Origin: the human T2T-CHM13v2.0 reference genome, Homo sapiens
Length of the DNA: 64,000 bases
Direction: 5' to 3' (one strand)
NCBI RefSeq assembly: GCF_009914755.1
Contig: NC_060929.1
The notes under the pieces were generated by a model, which searched no databases, had not been told where the DNA came from, and was given only the letters and a program-made list of their open reading frames with translations. Each line of letters starts with the position of its first letter. The stretch's first letter is position 1. Both the position numbers and the translations under genes were made by a program. Below, piece by piece: positions 13,216-26,780 of the stretch.

Positions 13216-14089
13216 TGTAAACCAGAGGTATCTGATACAAATCTCAATCAATTTAGAAGTTTATTTTGCCAAGGTTAAGGACATGCCCATGACACAGCCT
13301 CAGGAGGTCCTGAGAACACGTGCCCAGAATTATTGGGTTACAGTTTGATTTTATACATTTTAGAGGGACAGAAGTTACAAGCAGACATCAATCAATACAT
13401 GTAAGGTGTACACATTGTTTTGGTCTGGAAAGGTGGGACAACTTGAAGTGGGGCAGGGGCTTCCAGGTCATAGGTGGATTCAAAGATTTTCTGATTGGCA
13501 AGTCGTTGAGTTATTGTCTAAAGACCTAGAATCAATAAAAAGAAATATCTGGGATACAATAAGGGGATATGGAGATCAAGGTTTTTGTTATTCAGATGAA
13601 GCCTCCAGGTAGCAGGCTTAAGAGAGAATAGACGGTAAATGTTTTTTACCAGACCTTCAAAGATGCCAGACTCAGTAAATCTCTCTTACATCAGGAAAGT
13701 ACTGGAAAGGGAATGGGATTCTCTACAGAATGTAAATTTACCCCACAAGAGACAGCTTTTCAAGGCCATTTAAAAGTATGTCAAAGAAATATATTTGGGA
13801 GTAAAATACTTCTGATTTCTTTCAGGGCCTGGGATCTGTCATTTTGCAATGTATCTTATTGCTGCAAAGAGTCAGTTTGGTCAGTCTGAAGATCTCTGTT
13901 TTAATGTTAATGCTGGTCAGAAGTGTCTGAATTCCCAAGGGAGGAGGGTATAATGAGGCATGTCCAACCCTCCCTTCCCATAATGACCTGAACTAGTTTT
14001 TTAGGTTTACTTTGGAATGCCCTTCACCAAGGGAAGGGGTGGTCCATTCCATCGGTTGAGGGGGCTTAGATTTTTATTTTTGGCTTATA
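13216..14089 (-). mobile_element. MER4-family ERV1 solo LTR
   Basis: Reverse complement starts tataagccaaaaataaaaatctaagccccc (MER4 5' end); the other terminus reads tgtaaacc on the plus strand. Confidence 0.85.
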
Positions 14090-16686
14090 GTTAATTTTAA
14101 AATGCAGTCCATGATTTAATCAAGGATTATGCATTGCATTTAGTTGTCAAGCTCCTTTAGTTTCTTTTAATCCAGAAGTGTTTTCCAGCTTCTCTTTCCC
14201 CATCTCAATTTTTTGGTCTGACATGATGATGGTATTTTTAAAAAATATAGGCTGTAGTTGTTTCGTAGACTACACTTCAATTTAGATTTGATTCATTGTT
14301 TCCTCATGATTAGATTGAGATTAAATGGTTTTTGGCAAGAACCCTACATTGGTGATGTTGGATACTTCTCTGTGCATCATATCAGAAGGCACATAATGTC
14401 AGTTTTCCTCATGATTGGACACCGAGCACTGTTCTATGTACTTTATGCATTTAATTTTTAAAACAAATTTATACTGTAGCTATTGCTTTTATTTATTATA
14501 GATTTCAGTACTTTATACAAAAGGACACTGAGAAATTAAGTATCTTGTCTGAGGTCCCAGAACAGTGTCCTGAACTCAGACAGTTGTTCCAGATTCTGCA
14601 AGATTAGCTAATAATTACATTGTGAAGAAAGAGACAACTGACTCTGTGATTCTTAGCTCATCACCTACCTCCAGGGTATATAAGTGGAGGCCAGAATATT
14701 GATCTTTAAGCCTTTAGTAAGAATCCTCTTAGAGTTGTCATTGTGCTGTGCAATCTACCTCTGCCACCCCTAGGTAAAAATGGCAGACAATCAGAGGATC
14801 ACTTGGAGAATTTGATGTGGAGTTTGAGGGACAGAGTGACTGTTACTTGACTCATCTTGAGAAAGTCCAACAGTGAGTTTGACCCTGCCCTGGAGGCAGA
14901 ATAATTGTAGGAGATAGGTGTGGTGTTCTGAGGGCCAGCTGTGGATAGGACAAATGTGTCTAAATTTCTTAAGGCACCTCATTCACAAGACCCATCAGAA
15001 GGGATGAATGAACCCCTGTGGAAAGCATCTGTGATGGACTGCCAGAAGTTAGAGACTGGGGGGTTAATTGTAAATGGGTTGCCCAGGAAGACCTAGCCCA
15101 TGTTGGGGTCCCCACAGATGACAGCGCCAAAGAACTCATTAAGAAATAACATTTTTTTACATCCCTTATGCCTTTCCCTGCTTTCCAATCCTGGAAGAGC
15201 CATAAAAGAACATAGCAAAAGGGGATAAGTAGTACAGTTGGGAGGAATTGAAAAAAAGGATAAGCATGCCCTCTTTTTCCACTGTAGGCTTTATAACCTA
15301 GGTCAGGCAACGATCTAACTCTCAAAGCTTAATGAGAGGTTAAGCTTTGCTTTGTGCTATCTGAGAAATAAGGCTACTTGTTAATTGAAAATGAATGTGA
15401 CAAATGGGATCTACTCAAGGTTTCATCTTGGAACAGAAAGGAACGAATAACAATGCAAGGTGAGAAAGTGGTCAGAAGGAACAGAATTTAGTTAATACGA
15501 TAAATTGGCTACTGAAATATTGAACCGCTTTCTAGTATTTCTACACTGGGTTAGTTTTATACTGAACTCTGGGAAAGAACTGTTTTCTTGGTAACTGCCA
15601 GACTGTCTCTGACCTTTGACTCTAATTTAGGAAGAGTTATTAAAGTTCTTCTCTTGAGAAATTGTCCAGAGTTTTGTGCTGTGTTGCTTTTATGTGAACT
15701 GCAAATAGAACACTTCCAATTGTTGGGTGTAGTAGATTATCACTGGGAATGTGAATTTTTTTCAGTAATGCCACTGAAATTCTGCCCCTATAGTGGGAGC
15801 CAACTGCAGTTGTCCTGAGCATAGCTAAACATTTGTTTGGATATTGATTCTCCTCTAGCTGCTAAGCTCTGGAGTATGGATGACGACTGTCTGCTCTCCA
15901 TCTCCCATCCCTAGTGCTATATTTTTAAACTCACTTGTACAGGCAGCACTCAGTGGCCAAGTTCTTTTTCTCTTTCAACTCAGTCCCATTCTGCTCCTCT
16001 TCTTCACCCTTTCTTCTTCTTTCCTTTCAACACTGTTCCTAAAATAAGCCAACTTCTAATCTTTGAACTTTACCTTCATTTCTAGCACTAAATTTTCTCT
16101 CTAAACACCTAGAGGTGTTTCTGATCAGAGCTGGGATGATCATCCACAGATAGGCTTTGCTCTTGCCCTCTAGTTCCATTAGTGTAAAGCTTCAATCAAC
16201 CCCACTCCCACAGCTCCTAGTCCTCCCTCTAAGATCTTCCAATCCCCTCAATAAGCCAAAAATGCCTACTTCTGGGCCCCTCAAGGTACCAAAGGGAGAA
16301 AGGCTGTCACTTTGCTTACGTCAGCATTTTGTAGAAGGGTATAAAAGCAGAGCTGATCCACTTCTTCAAATGGGGAAGAGCATCCTCCTTTTACCATCAT
16401 CACAAATAGATAAACGTTTCTCTTAAAGTGCCCCATGACAGCTGAGAATAGACTCAGACTGAGTAATGAGATATTTTTGTATATGCAACTTTAAAAAAAT
16501 TCTTAAAGGTAGAAAAAAGAAACATTAATTGATTCATGTGTTTATGGAATTCCATATGAGGTGGCTAAAAAAGCTAAATAACTTAAATAAATAAAATAAA
16601 ATTAAGTCAATGTATTTTGTTCCATTGAGTGATGATGACAAAGAACAAAATAGGCTGCCGTTTTAAAATAGGAAGAAAATTATATA

Positions 16687-16783
16687 TTAGGTTGAACCAT
16701 ATGAAATTGCTCTTATTCAACAATTCTGGTAATATTGAACATTTTAACATAAGAAAATATCAATTGCATGTGGTTCAGCCTAA
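16687..16783. mobile_element. MADE2-like mariner MITE (palindromic)
   Basis: TIRs ttaggttgaaccatatgaaattg ... caattgcatgtggttcagcctaa, with TA on both flanks. Confidence 0.8.
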
Positions 16784-19700
16784 TACTGATGTTTTAAAGA
16801 CATTTCTGATAGTATTTCTCTGCTGTAAATACTTTTCTACTTAAATGATAATATATGTTAGTCAATTTTTCTTTTGTATTATTTTTAATTACTTCATAAT
16901 GCCAGTAGAGTGCGTTGGCTGTGTGGTGATATCAATTAAAATTTAAGAATAAAAAAAAAGGCATATACACATCTGGTTATGATTTGCCTTTCTTGCTCTC
17001 CAGTTGCATAATTCAACTTGATGCGCATAATTCTCTTTCCTTTTATTCAATTCCATGTGGTGGCAGAACTACTACCAAAAGATGAATACTTTCAGTACCT
17101 TTCATATGAAAGCTGCCGCTTTCACATTCTGTCCTATTGATACTGCATTTTGGCAGTGGATAAAGGGACACAGTTAAAGTCTCTGCTCATAATTGGTTTT
17201 ATCTGGGAAAGATTTTCTTTGAACTAGTGGCCACCCATGCTTTTATAATTATCAGAAATTAACTAGCTCAGCATTTCTTGTAAGAAATATTCACAATTCA
17301 CTTCCTTGCTTTTGGAAGAAAAGAAAAGAAAGACAGAAAAGGAAAGAACTAAGGAGTGTTAGAGAACTCCGTTTTGTTTGGGAATATTCCATGTGAGATT
17401 GCTCTAATGCAATGCTAAAACTGTGTGTTTCTTCATGGTACTCTTTGAAACACAATCTCAACCTTTTTTCAGAACCCTACAAAAAAAAAAAAAAAGAAAA
17501 CTTGAAAAGAATTTTTGTTTTCTGAAAAGTGAGACAATTTCAGTGTTAAGTTTTCTGATATGACCTGACATTTACAAGTCACAAAGTATTAAATCTTTGT
17601 AGAATATGTATATGCATTTCAATATGATTTGAAAGGTAGAGCACTCCTAACTTCAAGTCTAAAACTGTTGGCAGAGATGTTTGTGTCAAGTGGACCAGGC
17701 ATCCACACATAAGATGTAAACTTTGCAAGACCTTGCACAATCTCCAGACACACCATAAGTCAACCCTCTTTTCTCACTGGGCTTGGTTTTCCCACCCATG
17801 AGGGAATAGACAGTGGGAGCTTTGTTTGTAGTGTCTTTGTTTGCTTGCAGCCACTGGTAAAATAAACATTACTTCAGACTGAAGAAGTCCTTGGTTGAGC
17901 TTGGGGGCTCTGGGAGAACTTTTCCTATATCCCAACACAGATGACTTCATCAGGTTATCTGGTGTAGACTCGCCCCACTTAGGATAATTGGATTGCAGCA
18001 TCCTGTGCATATCCATGTAGGACTGGATGTTTAGTGAGAGACTCCCCACCCATGGGAAGGGATCTGAAAGAGGAATATTGAAGAGAAACTTGCCCTCTTT
18101 CACTTTAGCCTGACTCTATCTGTCAATGAAGCTTCAAAGGCACTTCAGGGTCTTGTCAGGCAGCATTATAGTCTTAAAAATTTCTCATAATTTCATCTTT
18201 GGACAGTACTGATGAGCTCTGCACTGGACATAAGCCACTGATAGCTGAAAATGTACACAGTGAATCCTTGAATTGAGAAAACAGTCTCATTTTGTGACCC
18301 AATCTACTAGAAACTTACGTGATTATAAAAACGTATTTGAAGAATTCTCAGTATTTTGCAATAGAAAGGGTCAGTTTTATAATTTTAAATTTGTTGAATG
18401 GTGAAGGCATTAATGCATGGAAGTGATTATTAATAAATAGAAAGGTTTGGTAGATAACATGCTTCTTGTTACTTCTGTTTCAAGATACGTTATATATAGA
18501 AGTGGAATTTAATATGTTTTATATCATAGATTTAAAGATTTTGTACCAAAAGATTTATACCGTCCCCTCATCTCCATCCCCCCCTCACATACCTCCCAGG
18601 AAATTAACTGTTTGAACTCATCGTTGGATAAGTTTACCACAGCCCACAGAATATTTCTGGAAAATTTAAATTCTTTTTTACTGTAGTCTCTGGAATGTAA
18701 ATGCAAGCTTATTATAAGATAATTATGCAAGGAGTGGAAACCTTATATTCTATCCTCATAAATAAAGTGTAGACAGAAATAATAATCTTGGCTCAACTGG
18801 AACTCGAAGTTAGGAATGAAGGATTTGTTTGCCTTGTCTCCTCCCAAACCTCAAGTAATAAATCTCAAAAGCTTCAATATTGATTCAACAAAATGAATGG
18901 CTGAGTCATTTCAGAAGGACTCTGACAAGTGGACAAACGCTGCCATGGCGACATTTTGATATGCAGCGTGCTTACTGAGCCTGGCTGGCTTCCTCCCCCT
19001 GCCATTAAAGCAAAATGACAAACCATGGGAAGTGCCACACACAGCGTGCCTAAACCAGAGGCAACTGGGGGTGAAAAACAGATTTAATTAGCTGTTCTCA
19101 AAAAGTTAAAAACTGGATATACATTTATGTTTGATTTATGGAGGAATTCCTTTTAAAATGTGAGAAAAACTGCTCTGAGATGTGCTTCTTGCTAAGAAAT
19201 AGAAACTATTATTGATTTTAAAGTCTCAGACGGCATTCTCTGTAAATGTTTTGTAAACATACTTTGTAGGATAAAATATTTTTAGCTTGGAAATACAGAT
19301 TTAAAATATTTCCCATAGGACATAAATTCTACTCAATTCGTCTTTTACTGAATAATGTAATAAAGTATTACATGTGGCCAGTAAAAAAAAAATACAATAT
19401 GTGTAATCACATACTATTACTGCTGCATATATTTAGATTTGTAAGGAAATAAATGTCGGAAAGTAATATGTATACTTGGATATTACTTGATCTTAATATT
19501 CATTTGATGGAGCTACTTAGGAATTACATATGTGTTCTTTTCTTTATTAGTATAAAGTATATCAAGATATATTAAAAGCAGGAGCAATTCACATCAATGA
19601 AAAGATGTTATTTTAAAACTTTTAGTGGGAAATTGCTATTATATATGCGATTATGTATTTGTTAACTTTATTTATGTATAATTAACACTGTAGTTTTTTC

Positions 19701-20236
19701 AATATTGAATTGGTTAACTGAGAAGAAAAACTGTCTCAATTGCAGCTAAAATACAACTAGAGTAGGCAATAACTGTTTTGTTTTATTTTGCTGTTTTTCT
19801 GTTTGTCAGTTATTAAAATCTCACTATGTAGCAGACTTCACTATCTCATTCAATCCACACACAAGCCTGAGCAATGAGTCCTAGGAGACTCTCTATTTTG
19901 CAGATAAGGAAACTAAAATGTGAAAGGTTAATAAATTAATCTAAGTTCACTCCACCTATCTACACTATATGATCTCTTGACATCATCTGGACCTAACCAT
20001 ATTAAATGTTTTTATTTTTGCTATTCTATGGCTTTAGAAATAGAAACCATACTAGTGACTGATATCACAAAGTCTCAGACATCATGTTCTATAAATAGAC
20101 TTCTTGAAAAAAACATTTTTAACTTAGGAAGGTAAAGATTTAAAATATTTGCAGTAGAACATGAAGATAATACTTAATTTATCATTTGTATTTTACTTAT
20201 TAATTTTAGAACATTTCATGAGAGTATAAAAATTTA

Positions 20237-20372
20237 GATAGCATTAGGAGATATACCTAATGTTAAATGAAGAGTTAATGGGTGCAGCGCACCAACATGG
20301 CACATGTATACATATGTAACAAACCTGCACGTTGTGCACATGTACCCTAAAACTTAAAGTATAAAAATAAAA
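20237..20372 (+). mobile_element. Heavily 5'-truncated young L1PA 3' end
   Basis: gatagcattaggagatatacctaatg...aaaacttaaagtat plus poly(A); TSD aaaaatttaga. Confidence 0.92.
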
Positions 20373-21039
20373 AAAAATTTAGAAAAGAGAAAGATAAACA
20401 AGTACAAAAAAAGTGAAGTATTAATTTCACATGAAGAAGCAAAGAGAAAAGCCTTTTTTGTTGGGTTTGTTTGTTATCACGCTTGTGGTTTCAGCTTCTA
20501 AAATGGCACCTCAACTTCTGTTGTCTGTGAGGATCTGGGTTGACTGCTGGCTTATCAAACATCTCAGTCTTAAAGAGGAACTACTTTTTGTATACTTCAT
20601 CTATATAGGGAAGAAATCATTTACAGAGAAGATTTTGTCACATCACATTAAAGATTTCAAAATAGTCATAATAAATTATGATAAATTTGTCACCACTAGA
20701 TAACCCACACATAGTCTAGATAAGATCCAAAGGCCTTGGCAAGACAGGAAAATGTGGAGACCAGACTCCTAGACGCACTTCAGATTCTTCCCTCTGGGTC
20801 ACTCCATGAAGCTTTTTGAGAAGCAGCTTTCAGTGGGCCTACCTTGTCCAAATAGAACCAACCAAGGCTTGAGATGCTGCTCACACCTTAACTCCTTTCT
20901 GGGAAAGTGTGGTGTCATGTCTCCCTGGAGCTATTTTTGAGCTCTTGAAATCTTTCTGCTCTTCTGCTTTATACCTTCCAGAAGGACTTACTCCTCTCAA
21001 TTTTCCAAAATCTTCCCCAGCTTTTCTTTTCTTTCTTTC

Positions 21040-21655
21040 TTTTTTTTTTAGTGGTGGTCAGGGAGTGGGGAGGAGATGGGATCTCGCTCTGTTGCCCAGG
21101 CTGGAGGGCAGTGGTGCTGTCATGACTCACTTCAACCTTTGCCTCCTGAGCTCAAGTGATCCTCCTATCTCAGCCACCCAAGCAGTTGGCACTATAGGCC
21201 AGCGCCACCACACTCTGCTAATTTTTTTTTTTTTTTGAGATGGAGTCTCGCTCTGTCGCCCAGGCTGGAGTGCAGTGGCACCATCTCGGCTCACTGTAAG
21301 CTCCGCCTCCCGGGTTCACACCATTCTCCTGCCTGAGCCTGCCGAGTAGCTGGGACTACAGGCACTCGCCACCACGCCCAGCTAATTTTTTGTGTTTTTA
21401 GTAGAGACGGGGTTTCACTGTGTTAGCCAGGATGGTCTCGATCTCCTGACTTCGTGATCCGCCTGCCTCAGCCTCCCAAAGTGCTGGGATTACAGGTGTG
21501 AGCCGCCGCGCTGGGCTGCTAATTTAATTTTTTTTTTAGAGATAAAGTCTCACTGTATTGCCCAGGCTGGTCTCAAACTACGGGGCTCAAGTGATCCACC
21601 TGCCTCAGCTTTGCAGAGTGTTGGGATTACAGGCATTGGAGCCACCATGCCTGGA
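21040..21655 (-). mobile_element. AluJ split at its central linker by a younger AluY
   Basis: Right arm ~21040-21221 and left arm 21517-21655. Confidence 0.85.
21222..21516 (-). mobile_element. AluY nested in AluJ
   Basis: Full dimer; TSD tgctaattt. Confidence 0.93.
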
Positions 21656-22122
21656 CTTTCACCAGCTTTTCAATCTCCTCATAAAGTACATGTTTTCTTA
21701 TGCAGTCCTCATTGGAGAGACAGCTCCAGGAGCACCAATCACATAGATTTCATGTAAATGGTAATTACGTGAACAAGAGTTGCACAACTCCTGCACCCAT
21801 GAAGGGACTGACATGGACAGGCATGGCCCTAAGCCATAAGGATGTCAAACCCCAAGGAAACTCAGTCCCCTTCCGTTAGCTGCCACACTGGAATTCATAT
21901 GACTTTGATGTTAGACCCACAGTAAGGCTTTAATACTTCTTTAAAACAGCACTTCCAAATTGTATTTTGAATGTTAATTGGAATAAGACTGAAAAAAATG
22001 TTTCTATCTTGCTATTTTATAAATAAATTTGTGAAACAGCAAGTTAAACAAATTTAAACTGATTTTATGACAGTACTCATATTTTAATATTTTATTAAAT
22101 TATTATTTTAATGATTTTCTAA

Positions 22123-22590
<468 letters not shown>

Positions 22591-22715
22591 TAGGTGTCCT
22601 ACATTCTTTCTCACTGGGTAGCAGATCCCTTGGGCAGATTTCACAACTGCAATATAATTTAAAGCACCAATCTCAAACCATATTTAAAGCTTTCTCCTCC
22701 AAGAGACCAATTTGA

Positions 22716-22752
22716 AGAGAGAGAGAGACAGAGAGTGAGAGAGAGAGAGAGA
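22716..22752. repeat. (GA)n microsatellite
   Basis: agagagagagagacagagagtgagagagagagagaga. Confidence 0.9.
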
Positions 22753-24003
22753 CTGTGTATGGTGATTCTGGTTTTAGGAAGCCCCTTTTCTACCTGTTCC
22801 TTTTCAAAGCCTAACTCTTCTGGATACTGAGGGAAAATAGGAAAAGGACAAACATCCTTTTATTTAACATGCTTATAGGAACAGTGCCTTTCTTTAGGGT
22901 TGTGGTTGCTTCTCTTGATAACAGACTAGCTCCTGCCTGTGTGACCAGCATACTAACTTTCCCAAAAGCACACAGGTAAGTTCGGTTGGCTTCTGCGAGC
23001 CTAACCCATAGTATGGTTGCTTGAAGTATGTTCTTCCTTAACTACCTCCTTCAGCTATTGCCCAGAAGTACACAGTCTCTTATTCCTGGGATCTTCCTGC
23101 TGCATAGGCTGTTCTCTTGTCAGGTATTGGCAATATTTTGCTTATGAGCAGCTTACATAGTATCACAATTCATGGGAGATCTATACATCTTTGCACAAAG
23201 GTATGAGTGAGGCTTCTCCCTTGCAGTCCTTCTCTGGGTCCTACCATCTTTCTTTCTTAAATTCTCTTTCCTCTTAGTGGTAGGCTTAGGGCAGATCAAT
23301 AAGGTATTGACATCCAATGAGAGAATGAGTTGCTGTTTCTCACTCTCTAATACAGTCTCCAATCTCTACCACAAATTTTCTGGACAAGAGAGAAAAGCCA
23401 GAACCTCCCCACTAGGCTAACTACTTATGACTGCCTCTTTCCTTTTTCCCTTCTTCTTGGGGTGACTATGGAGGCAGGTAATTGTCCTATATTCAATCCT
23501 TTCACCTCTAAGAAAGCTCTGGAAGTAGATTCTGTTCCGAATGGTTGGCAGATTTCTTTAGAAGTCATGTACTTGTTTCTTTGGTCCCAACCTGTACCTA
23601 ATCACCAGTTCCAGGGGAGCAGAAGATGCCTCATTTAATGCATTGGTTTATAATATCATACAATGTTCATAGCAGTTGGACACGAAGTACCAGTGGGTGC
23701 AGATGCTCATTATACTTGTTTGAATTTTTTTAGAGGTTGAGAATGGGGAATTTGGCATAAGTCTGGTAAGAGTCAGAATTTTAGATCAGATTAAGCAAGA
23801 AGTTAACCAGAATCTGGATGTATAGCAGGTTTGAGAGTCTGAGAGTCAGGTGAAAATATTGATCAGAAACTAGGCAGAGAAAGAAGAAACAGAATATTAC
23901 AAAAATGAAGACCTAGAACAGAACAGTGCAGATTTTTTTTTTTGCAAAGAATCAGAGATAGAATATATTTAACATGTAACACGCAGAGGAACCTTGTGGG
24001 ACA

Positions 24004-24061
24004 AGCCAGCAAATTCTGCTACAGAAAGCTTCAGCCAGCAAATTCTGCTACAGAAAGCTTC
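24004..24061. repeat. Perfect 29-bp tandem duplication
   Basis: agccagcaaattctgctacagaaagcttc x2. Confidence 0.95.
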
Positions 24062-24221
24062 TTGTGGGCTGGGACCATGTCCTTATTCACCTTTCCATCT
24101 CTGAGGCATTATGCAATATTGGCACTTAGTAGATGTTTGTTGAATGAGTTAGTCAATTTAGGACAGATACCAGTATCAAAAAAGGACTTGATAATTAAGT
24201 AATTTTTGCTTCTGCATAGAG

Positions 24222-24440
24222 TAGGCATTGGTACACTATGACCCTTTCTGACTGCCACTTTTTGTAGATATTTTATTAGCACACAGCCAGGCTCATATGT
24301 TTACCTATTGTTTTTGGATCCATTCACACTACAATGAATGACAAGGCTGAATAGTTGCCACAGAGACTATGTGGCCTATGAAACTGAACTGAAATACTTA
24401 TTATCTGGCTCTTTATATTAAAGGTTTCCTGATGTCTAGG
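24222..24440. mobile_element. MER58A-like hAT MITE
   Basis: ttttattagcacacagcca, cagagactatgtggcct and aaatacttattatctggctcttta motifs. Confidence 0.7.
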
Positions 24441-25317
24441 CATACAGGTTTAAAACTGTTTTTACATGTTTCCTGCTGACTCAGTTATAGCATGGCTAAC
24501 CCAGGTCCTACAGGTAGAGGTGATTGGGAACACCTGGCTGTTCTGTCAGAAGTATAACAGTAAGTCCCAGAGCTGAAACAGGATGGGTGTGAGAGTTCTC
24601 TCTGAGCCAAGAGGGAAGTCATCTTGATTCAAACAAGTAATCTCTTCCCTCCTTTCTTTGAATCATCTTTCCTTATATATCTCTGATAGAACTGTTCACA
24701 CTGTACTTAGAATTTATGTCTTCTTTCTCCTATTGAAGTGGACTAGATGAAGGCAGAGATCATATTTTGCTCATGTTCATATTCTGAGTGTCTAATGATG
24801 CTTCTGAATAAATAGGTACTCATTTAAAATATGCATTGCAGCTAGCTGGATTATGATACTATTGGAAGAAGAGGAAAAGCAAGGTCTGGCAGCTTAGAGG
24901 CAGCAGGTTATTAAGTATTATTAAGCAAGAGATCAATTAAATGAAAATCAGTTTGGAGCAGAGTGTCTGAGTGAGTGGCAGTACCAACACATAGCTCTGT
25001 GTGAAAGACTGTTTAGGAACTTCCTCAGACTTTTGGAGGCTTTTTATTTCCAAAAGCCCAAGAATATTCATCTTTTTCTGACACTGGAGCAGATTCTCAG
25101 GCTGAAAGTAGTCTTTGTTGTTAAACGGATTCTCTGATCCCTTTGGGACAGGAAATTCTTTCCTTTGACTTACAAATTCTGAATCAGGTTCTGACAATGG
25201 GGCCTCCTTCTCACTTATTTTCCCAATCATATCGCTCATTTAAAGAATGTTAAGAGCCTATTTATGTGCCTGACTCTGAGATAACTTGGATTTAAGTTCT
25301 GTTTGTTTTTTCATTAT

Positions 25318-25740
25318 TGCTACAGTTTGGACATTTGACCCCTCCAAACCTCATGTTGAAGTCCAATCCCCAGTGTTGGAGTTGGGGCCTAATGGGAGGT
25401 ATTTGGATCCACCAGGAGGTGGATCCTTCATGAATAGCTTGGTGCTGTCCATGAGTGAATTCTTGCTCTATTAGTTGCCGAGACAACTGGTTGTTAAAAA
25501 GAACCTGGTACTTCCCAGCTCTCTCTCTGGCTTCCTCTCTTGACATATGAGTTCTGCACCTGCCAGCTCTGCTTTACCTTCCACCATGAGTGGAAGCACC
25601 TGAAGCCCTCACCAGACGCAGATTCTGGTACCATGGTTCTTGTACAACCTGCAGAACTGTGAGCCAAATAAACCTCTTTTCTTTATTAATTATCCAGCCT
25701 CAGGTATTCCTTTAAAGCAATGCAAAAATGGATGAAGACA
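25318..25740 (+). mobile_element. MaLR solo LTR (MSTB-like)
   Basis: tgctacagtttgga ... gagccaaataaacctcttttc ... aagaca; perfect 5-bp TSD attat. Confidence 0.88.
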
Positions 25741-26694
25741 ATTATAGAGTTCTAAAATGATAAACTAAAATCTATGGAGAATGTTACTACATATTAGTGT
25801 GCAAATGCAGTGGGGTTGGGGGACTGTTGATGTGACTGGGTGCCTTATTTTATCTTTAGATTCTAGGTGGGTCTGAACTTAAGAGTGGGGAGAGAAAGAG
25901 GAGTTCAAGTCCGTGGCTCCTGACAATCACTACTTTTTCTTTTCCTATCTGGGACCTAGGGCCCAAACAGAAAAAGCCTTTAAAGGCAGATTCGGGTACT
26001 CTCGAAGTATTATCCTACTTTTACTTTTGGGGGGTAAGAGAGAGTAGATATTGCCTGAACTTGATTTTGCTGCTTTGGTGAAATTCCTTTACGCATGCCT
26101 AAACTTAGATATGTGAAACCTAGGATATAAAAAAATACCATTTTCAAGGGAATATAAAGATCTTTTCACAAGATTTATAAGGTTTACTTAGTATGCAAGA
26201 CTAATTAAATTGGAATAGGAAGGAAAATTGTATGACATCAGTACTTTTCTTATTGGGTTTAAGAAAACTAATTTATCTTTACTGTGTGAAATTTGGAGCT
26301 ACTGGGTTGATTTTGATGAAGATTACTGTAGGAGAAAAGGCTTACATTCTACCATTGTTGCTTTTAGGCAGAATTGGGAATTGGGCTTTGTCTTTAGAAC
26401 CTTAAGCTTTCCTTTCAACACCCTTATCTCTCAGTGGCACCTGACACCTCCCACCTCCAGGTGCCTAGTAATGCTTTTCCTTTCTTTTTTTCTTTCTTTC
26501 TTTTTAAATCAAAGCCTTTGAAGAACAAAGGATCTCTAAGATGTAATGATGGATGAGGTTTAAAGTATCTCTGATTCAGGCATATTTGTATTTTACATGG
26601 GATCAAGTCTTATGTTTTGTAAGGTTGGATTGTGAAATATAAAGAAATGAAAAATGGGCTCTGGGAAACTTTTTAATATGACAGGCTTTCAGGC

Positions 26695-26780
26695 CCTTCC
26701 TTCCTTTTCCTTCCTCCCTTCCTTCCATCCCTCCCTTCTTACCTCTTCCCTCCCTCCCTTCCTCCTTTCCTTCCTTCCTT
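26695..26780. repeat. (CCTT)n polypyrimidine tract
   Basis: ccttccttccttttccttcctcccttcc... Confidence 0.9.

Larger units (their letters stand above)
12680..14420 (-). mobile_element. Old L1MC-type 3' fragment split by AluY and MER4
   Basis: ctaagaacaaggacattctt and gcattgcatttagttgtca motifs; pieces at ~12680-12888 and 14090-14420. Confidence 0.6.

Noticed and set aside
15780-15800. CTCF-like motif (also ~29030-29045)
   Set aside because: Core spacing or bases deviate from the consensus; not supportable without ChIP data.
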